DNA from: the human T2T-CHM13v2.0 reference genome, Homo sapiens | DNA length: 64,000 bases | Assembly (NCBI RefSeq): GCF_009914755.1 | Contig: NC_060927.1 | Strand: one strand, 5' to 3' | Shown here: positions 57,211 to 64,000 of the stretch, in pieces | How positions within the stretch are numbered: the stretch's first letter is position 1 | How the letters are laid out: the number at the start of each line of letters is the position of its first letter | Notes under the pieces: model-generated | Seen by the model: only the letters and a program-made list of their open reading frames with translations | Told to the model about the DNA's origin: nothing | Database searches by the model: none | Made by a program: the position numbers and the translations under genes

Positions 57211-57762
57211 CAATCCCATTACTGGGTATATACCCAAAAGATTATAAATCATTATACTATATAGACATTATACTATATAGACTTTATACTACATGCACAT
57301 GTATGTTTATTGCAGCACTGTTCACAATAGCAAAGACTTGGAACCAACCCAAATGCCCATCAATGATAGATTGAATAAAGAAAATGTGACACATAGACAC
57401 CAAGGAATACTATGCAGCCATAAAAAAGAATGAGTTCATGTCCTTTGCAGGGACATGGATGAAGCTGGAAACTATCATTCTCAGCAAACTAACACAGGAA
57501 CAGAAAACCAAACACCGCATGTTCTCATTCATAAGTGGGAGGTGAACAATGAGAACACGTGGACACAGGAAGGGGAACATCACACACTGGGGCCTGTCGC
57601 AGGGTTGGGGGCTAGGGGAGGGATAGCATTAGGAGAAATACCTAATGTAGATGATGTGTTGATGGGTGCAGCAAACCACCACGGCACTTGTATACTTATG
57701 TAACAAACCTGCACGTTCTGCACATGTATCCCAGAACTTAAAGTATAAAAAAAAAAAAAAAA
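57211..57762 (+). mobile_element. 5'-truncated primate L1 (L1PA6/7-like 3' end)
   Basis: caatcccattactgggtatatacccaaa...gcacatgtatcccagaacttaaagtataaaaa; TSD agactgagct(t/g)agt at 57197-57210 and 57764-57777. Confidence 0.93.
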
Positions 57763-58486
57763 TAGACTGAGCTGAGTAACCTTTCTGGGGTCAACTTCAG
57801 ATATTTGGCTTGTTGTTCAGGAGTCTTTTGTAGAGGACAGGGGCTCTGGTGGTATGCTGGTGGCTTGTTGGCCTTTGCCCCTGCATGTTCCATGTAGGTG
57901 GAGTCAGGTAGCCCAGTGTCAGACTGGGAACTCCAGGCCAGGATGGATGCAGGAGCCCCTGAGGCACCTGGGCTCAGGGCGAGGCAGCCCCTTTTCTTGA
58001 CAGAGGATTGGCCTACAGCCTTCATTGAATGGAGAGGATTAGACTAGATACCATCTATAGATATTCCCCCTCTACCCCTATGCAGGTTATCTCATGGGAA
58101 CAGCTGTTATTTCAATCTTGTCTTAGCCATGCCTTCCCCAGTGCCCAGCCTTGCTTAACATTCCTAGTGGAGATGGAGCCAGCTTTAGGAGGTGTAGCCT
58201 CTGATCTGAATTAAACTGACCCTGAGGTTATGGAAAGGGCAAGCAAGCTGGGAGTGTGAGAATCGCCCCCTCCTATAGCATATTCATGGGATGATTTGGG
58301 GAGGATAATGGCAATAATACCCTGAGAGGAAAGGGTTTTGAATATTCAGCAGCTCCCATCTCAGCCATACTACATGGCCCCACAGCAGAGAGCCTTTGAT
58401 AAAGTTGGCTTTCTAGAATAGGGATTGAAATCAAACTTGCTTGTAAAAGCATCTAGAGTTATGTTACTTTCTTATTTAGAAACAGA

Positions 58487-59856
58487 GAGCCCAGGACCAT
58501 GAGGCTTCCGCCTGCTGGACAGCAAGGACTTCCAGTAGCTTCTCAGCTGTTTTCCCGGTCACTTTCAGAAGCAAGGCTGCTATAGCTAATTGATGTATGC
58601 AAGATGTAATTACAGCCATTGATAGGGAAAATATCAGCAATATGATGCCCTTGGAAGCTCAGAAAAAAGTCAAAAGGCTGTACCATGACTCTCACAATAG
58701 CCAGATCTGAATATAAAATCTAGTCTCTTCTGGTGATGGAGAAAAGGAAGTGTCATCCATACAAGATGAATTTACACTCTGAACCCCAGGAGGTCCTGCA
58801 CGTAGGAAGTGCCTACAATCCAAGTACCATGCTCTTTACTGCCTCTCCTGCTTCCAGCACTGTCCCTGGGGTCATCCAAACCAGTACAGTAACCCAGCTG
58901 GCCTCTCTTCTTCTGAAAACATCTCCAACTTCAACAATACTTTGAGATACCATATTGCTGGTATTTCAAAAACTGCTGCCAGCAGGGAGGAGGCCAATGG
59001 CGTGTCCATAGATCATGTTCAGCCTCCAAGTGGTCTCATAATCAACAAAGAATCTGAAGTTTACAAGATGCTTCAGGAGAAACAGGAGTTGAATGAACCC
59101 CTGAAACAGTCTACCTCTTTCCTGATTTTGCAGGAAATCCTGGAGTCTGAGATAAAAGGGGATCTCAACAACCCTCAGGATTCAGAAGTGTTAAAACTCC
59201 TGACCCTAAGTGGCTGCATCAATTGGAAATGCTCAGAAGGTGCCCATGTGTGACAAATGTGGTCCTGGCATTGTAGGCATGTTTGTAAAGCTGCGGGGAC
59301 CATCATCCCCTCCCTGAATGTTACGTGTGCACTGATTGTGACACTCACCCGAAAGAGAAGGGCTTTTTTTTTTTTTCCATCAAATCTACTGTGAAGAGCA
59401 TGCCCAGGAGCAAGTCACACCACTTGAGGGTACGATGTGATCATCATGTTCCCCAAGTGATCCAGCAGACCTGCACTGACCACCGTTCTCCAGCCAGCCT
59501 CTGCTGCAGCTAGTTCTCTAAATGTTCTGGCCTTGTCTCTTGAAAGTTCTGTACTTATTCCCCCACCCCCCAACCCGCTTACCTTGGTTTTATCCCTGCT
59601 CATTGAACCTTGAGTCCCTTGTCTTGGTTAACTGACTCACACTGACTGTGTGGTGCCCGCCCACTTTTACAATGAATGGCAAACTGTTTTTGTTCAGTGT
59701 CCCCTTGCCGGCAACACTGTGTACCTTCCTCCCCTCAGTTCTTCTCTGCTGCAAATGGACATCAGCCACATTTGAACCAAATCAAATATAATATGTCTGA
59801 CATTGATTTCATTTTTGCTCCATCTATAGACTCCCAGAAAAAAGAAATAAAAAAAA
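58487..59856 (+). pseudogene. PDLIM1P4: PDLIM1 (CLP36) processed pseudogene, slightly 5'-truncated, in an ST3GAL6 intron (probably PDLIM1P4)
   Basis: Intronless colinear match to PDLIM1: PDZ (PGP*GFRL..KDF), HPYKMNL.SEPQEVLH.GSA, KESEVYKMLQEKQELNEP.KQSTSFL.LQEILESE, LIM (MCDKCG, CYVCTDC), ending FPK-TGA at 59458-59460; then 3'UTR and A-rich tail ~59837-59856; multiple stops and frameshifts. Confidence 0.92.
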
Positions 59857-61211
59857 TGCAAAGAAAATTTAAATGAACAAACAGACCCTTCTGGAACCTA
59901 CTGTGACATGAGATGTGTCCACAAGGCGAGGTTTCAGGCACACACTGAAGGAGCATCTGCTGGACAGCCCTCCCCGCCCCCAAGTCCTTACCAACCTGTG
60001 CCACTGGTACTTATTTTTCTTGACTGATTAGGTAGACACTGATTTAGGCAGGACTCTTTAATATTTGAGAGCATAGAGCTTCCAATTAAAATATGTTAAA
60101 AGTATTTTTTAAATTTTAAACCTTACAATCAGATGAACTGTACTACTCAAAAAAGGTAAATTTAATGAATATAGGAGTGTGTACATCATCTCCTGTTTAC
60201 CTGACAAAGCCAATGCTTGGCTCTTTTAAACAGTTTCCGAATTCTCACATTCTCCATGTTTCTGGGTTCTACAGTGTTTGTACAGTTTTGCTACTCATTG
60301 ATTTCCTAAAATCCTTAAGGTCTTGAGTTCATCTGGTCTGCTGATTTCACGGGTCTTAGGGAAACAGTGTTCTCTTTAGACTTTCCATGCCATGAGGGCC
60401 CTGGAAGGATAGCCTCAACAACTTTCCCTTCTGTGGTTTTGTTCCCTAGCGGGCAAGGACACAGTCTATTTTGTCATTTCTCCAGGCCTGCCTGGGTGAG
60501 GGTAAGAGCTGGGAGAGAGATGGACCAGCAACGCGAAGTTCCCCTTTGTGTTCTACTTTAAAGCTGTTTGCCAGGAACACCGCGTGAACTTTTAGTTTGT
60601 ATTGGTTAAGCTCCAAGGACCAGTCCATGTTTGAGAAATTGAAGTGAGCATGGGCAGGGTACAGAAAACTGCACTTTTCTCACCAGATTCCAAACTGTCC
60701 ATCTCCACACTTGTGCAGCAGAGAGCCAGAGGTAGAATCTTCGAGGAGTGGGTAATGCTGGCAAAGAATGTAGACCTGCATAATGTAAAACACAAATGCA
60801 GAGTCCTATATGGAGGTGTGTTTCACAGTCTCAAGTTCTGGATCCACATGCTAGTTCCACTTTGGAGTATGACTTTAAAATGTTACATAATAGATTTCTG
60901 AACCTCTTTCTTCATTTGTATACTGGGAATATCAGGCTTACTTATCTCAATAGGTGGGTATGAGAATCAAATGAGAGAACATGTATGGGCTGATAATAGT
61001 TGCTGACAATGATATGCTCTTCCTATAGAATGTTACTCATTGAATCTTGTATCTTTTTAATACAGCTCTAGACTTGTAAGTCGCAGTTGGTTCTTTTTCT
61101 ACTTGCGCAACAAGTGGAATTTGGCACTGGGTTTCTGACAGTATGCATGGATTCTTGGAATCAGTTTTGTAAAAGATGGCTCAATCTCTCACTTGTCCGT
61201 CTGTCCAACAG

Positions 61212-61307
61212 CATACCCTGTAAAAAGTGTGTGGTGGTTGGTAATGGAGGAGTTTTGAAGAATAAGACATTAGGAGAAAAAATCGACTCCTATGATGTAA
61301 TAATAAG
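61212..61307 (+). CDS. ST3GAL6: ST3GAL6 coding exon: (N)[31 protein letters not shown](R), first half of sialylmotif L; gene continues beyond the window
   Basis: Acceptor ctgtccaacag|C, donor AG|gtaaat; 96 nt; CxxCxVVGNGG...G..ID..D.(V/I).R is the GT29 sialylmotif L; NKT sequon; matches the C-terminal part of ORF 61087..61311. Confidence 0.97.
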
Positions 61308-61479
61308 GTAAATATATTTTCTATTTGCTACCCTAGAATTGTTTCAAAAGAATATGGTTTCTTACCTTAATACAGCTGTGTTTTGACAGGAAGGGGAGAT
61401 GTTTCCATTTGGTTTTTTTTTTATTGCACAACCTTCTCTCTTGGTTGTTGGCTAGAGTTAGACCTAGATTTCAGGTTAC

Positions 61480-62935
61480 TCATTTAGCAAGTATTTGTTA
61501 AGTCTCCTTAGTGTGCTAGCATGCTTCTAGCCACAGGAGAGATAGCAATGGATAAGAACAATGTTTGTGCTCCCTGTGGAGGGAAGAAAATGAGTAATTA
61601 AATATATAAAAATAATAAATGCCATACATAATTTAAAAAGGATATAACAGAGAATCTTTGAATGGCTCCTTTGTAATGATTGACCACTTTGAGAAAGAGA
61701 CATCTAAGCAGGGCCCAAGTGACCACACAGCAACAGCCATATGAAGATTATGGTAGAGCAGTCCAGGCAGAAAGGATGTTTGCTGCAGGGCCTCAGGAGG
61801 AGATGATCCTGAGTTTGAGAGGAGTAGCAAAGAAACCCAGTGAAGCTGGAAAGTAGCAGGCAGGGGGAGAGTGGTGGAATTGGAAGCTGAAGCGGTGAGC
61901 AAAGATCAGGCTGCATAGGACTTTGTAAGCTAGGATTAGAAACTTGGATTTTAAGTGCAACAGGAAGCTTTTTAAGGGTTTTAAGCAAGAGAACAAAGCA
62001 GTCTGGTTATGTCTTAAATATTCTGGCTGTGGCATGGACAATGGAATGTGAGGGACAAGGGTGGAAATGAAGAGGCCAATTAGGTTGCTGTATTCGGGTA
62101 TAATATGATGGTGGCTTGGGACAGGATTGTTGTAGGAGAGGAAGAGATATGTGGACTGACTGAAGATGTGTTTTAGACATAGAGTTATCGGGATTTGTTG
62201 CCATATTAGATGTGAAGAGTAATGAGAATAAAGAAATCAAGGATGCCTCCTACTCTGTTTTCAGCTTAGGAGATTGGCTGGAGAGTGTTATCATTTATTA
62301 AGTTGGGAAAGACTGGTATAGGAGCAGGTTTAGAGGAAAACCATGATATGAACATGTTAGATTTGAGATGCTTGTTAGATTTGCAGTGGGTATGTCGAGT
62401 AGGCAGTTGGATAAACAGGTTAAAATCTTGATGGTGTGTGGCCTATAAGCTGTATTTAAACCATGGACTGGGTGAGATTTCCCAAGGAGAGACTGAGAGA
62501 GAGAGAAGAGAGTGAGGACTGAGCCTCAGAGAACTCAAAATTTAGAGGTTGAGCAAAGAAAAAGGAATGTGTAAAAGAGATGAAGAGGATCCACCAGTGA
62601 GGTAAGAAGAAAATCGGGAGAAGGTGATCACAGAAGCCAAGAGAGCAAAGTGTTCCAGGACAGAAGGAGTGACCAACTGTATCCCAGTGCTGGTGAGAGG
62701 TCATGCAAGATAAGGACAGAGTGGTGACCATTGGACTGGTGACCTGAGGCTCATTGACACTCCCAATAAAAGCAGGCTTAGAGGCGTGATGTGGCAAGGA
62801 GCCCGGCTGGACTAGGTCGAAGAGGGAATGCAGAGAATGTACACCTGAATGTACCGATGAAGATGTAGAGAAACCAATGTAGTCCAGGGATTTTGCTTCA
62901 AAGAGGAGTTGAGAAATCAGATGGCAGTTAGAGAT
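61480..62935 (-). mobile_element. L2 LINE remnant (similar purine-rich L2 fragments at ~830-1260 and ~35400-35830)
   Basis: agggttttaagcaaga, atgatggtggcttgggacagg, aggcagttggata, gaagccaagagag..gtgttccagga, ggtgacc typical of L2 antisense. Confidence 0.75.
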
Positions 62936-63220
62936 GGTTATGCAATCAGGGGTTTTTTTTTTTTTGTTTTCTTCTTTTGAAAAGATTGGAGGCACTATAG
63001 TACATTGGTTAACTGGTGGAAATGAGAAAGAGATTGGGGTGGTAAAAGAGAGGGGAAGGGGGTTCAGAACACAAGTGTGGTTAATGTTTCATAATGGAAA
63101 GGAGAGCCAGGATTGTGGTTACAACTACCAAGAGTCCCTCTGATGTAGTGAGGGGAAAATACGGACCTTTCTATCTCTATTTTTTTAGTGAAAGGTCAAG
63201 ATAAGGTCATCATCTGGGAT

Positions 63221-63222
<2 letters not shown>

Positions 63223-63264
<42 letters not shown>
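63223..63264. repeat. (GT)n microsatellite, ~21 units
   Basis: Perfect gt run. Confidence 0.97.
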
Positions 63265-63266
<2 letters not shown>

Positions 63267-64000
63267 GGAGTAGCTATGAATAGTTTAAAGAATGGCAAAG
63301 TTAGCATACTGAGGCAATACATTAGGATGGTTTGGCAGCTTTGGGGGTTTTGTGGGGTTACAAGCTGCCTAGGGTTTCTGCATGGTGAGGTCACCTTATT
63401 TTCTGTTTACTATCCATTTTGAGGAAGCTGTGATAATTTACCTACAAAACAATTTTGAAGCAATCACAGGTTTCTCTACCCATAATTGTCTAAATCTGAT
63501 AATTTAGAGCCACAGGAAACCCTTGCAGGAAAATATCATGGGTACAACATTTTGAAAGTCATCTCAAGTGTTAATAAGTCTGTTCGTCTTATATTACGTA
63601 GAGTCAGTAGCAAAGGGCAAAACAGTATTTATCTCTTTGGGGACACTGTTTTGGAAACAAAGCATTTCTTTTTTTATAGCATGGCTTCATAATGTGTGCA
63701 TAAATAGTGCATGTCCAACCTTGGCTTTCAGCATACACAAACCCAACAGTAGATCCTTTGTGGTTCTTTAGTTTACTCTAGCAATAGACATTCATTTGGT
63801 TGTGCTTGAATATAATATAGCAGATTTATATTGTTAACCTTATTTCAGAGTACAACAATTTTGATGGGTCTTTAAACCAACTTAAATGTGATTCTTCTTA
63901 CCTGTCAGTCACACACATCCATGTGCTACATGCCTGTGTGGCTTTGAGCAAGTAATTTTCTCTCCAGGGGTTTGTCCTCCAAGTTCTCTTTCAACTCTGG

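Noticed and set aside
58733-59513. Functional PDLIM1-like retrogene
   Set aside because: Start missing, W-to-stop in the PDZ GPWGF motif, several frameshifts, LIM domain disrupted
61087-61211. N-terminal part of ORF 61087..61311 as coding
   Set aside because: Intronic read-through upstream of the acceptor at 61211; only 61212-61307 fits the spliced frame
62456-62995. 179-aa - strand ORF
   Set aside because: Lies in a decayed L2 element; no splice or domain support

Overview
Primate (apparently human) genomic DNA covering the 5' part of ST3GAL6, a Golgi alpha-2,3-sialyltransferase of CAZy family GT29, on the + strand. A CpG-island promoter lies at ~8.6-10.4 kb with several alternative first-exon donors. 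A ~35 kb first intron follows, then five coding exons (44712-61307) encoding residues 1-~144: cytoplasmic tail, TM anchor, stem and the first half of sialylmotif L. The gene continues past the window end. From recall of the locus, the divergent lncRNA ST3GAL6-AS1 should run leftward from the island. A decayed PDLIM1 processed pseudogene sits in the intron before the sialylmotif exon. The rest is typical interspersed repeat content: Alu, L1, L2, MIR, MaLR/ERV LTRs, a near-full-length Tigger1, MER5 and MADE1. Almost all ORFs in the supplied track are repeat-derived or random. I see no wholly new biological system. The most interesting sequence-supported structure centres on the start of the first coding exon (ttcag|GTGAGCCAGCCATG). 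(i) Three different upstream exons each supply an in-frame AUG, giving alternative cytoplasmic tails, while a fourth supplies an overlapping uORF. (ii) The acceptor is also a recursive-splicing-type AG|GTGAG motif. (iii) Inverted Alus flank exons 2-5, and the predicted 346-nt circle is almost entirely one 112-aa ORF. Repeat subfamily names are from visual recognition only.
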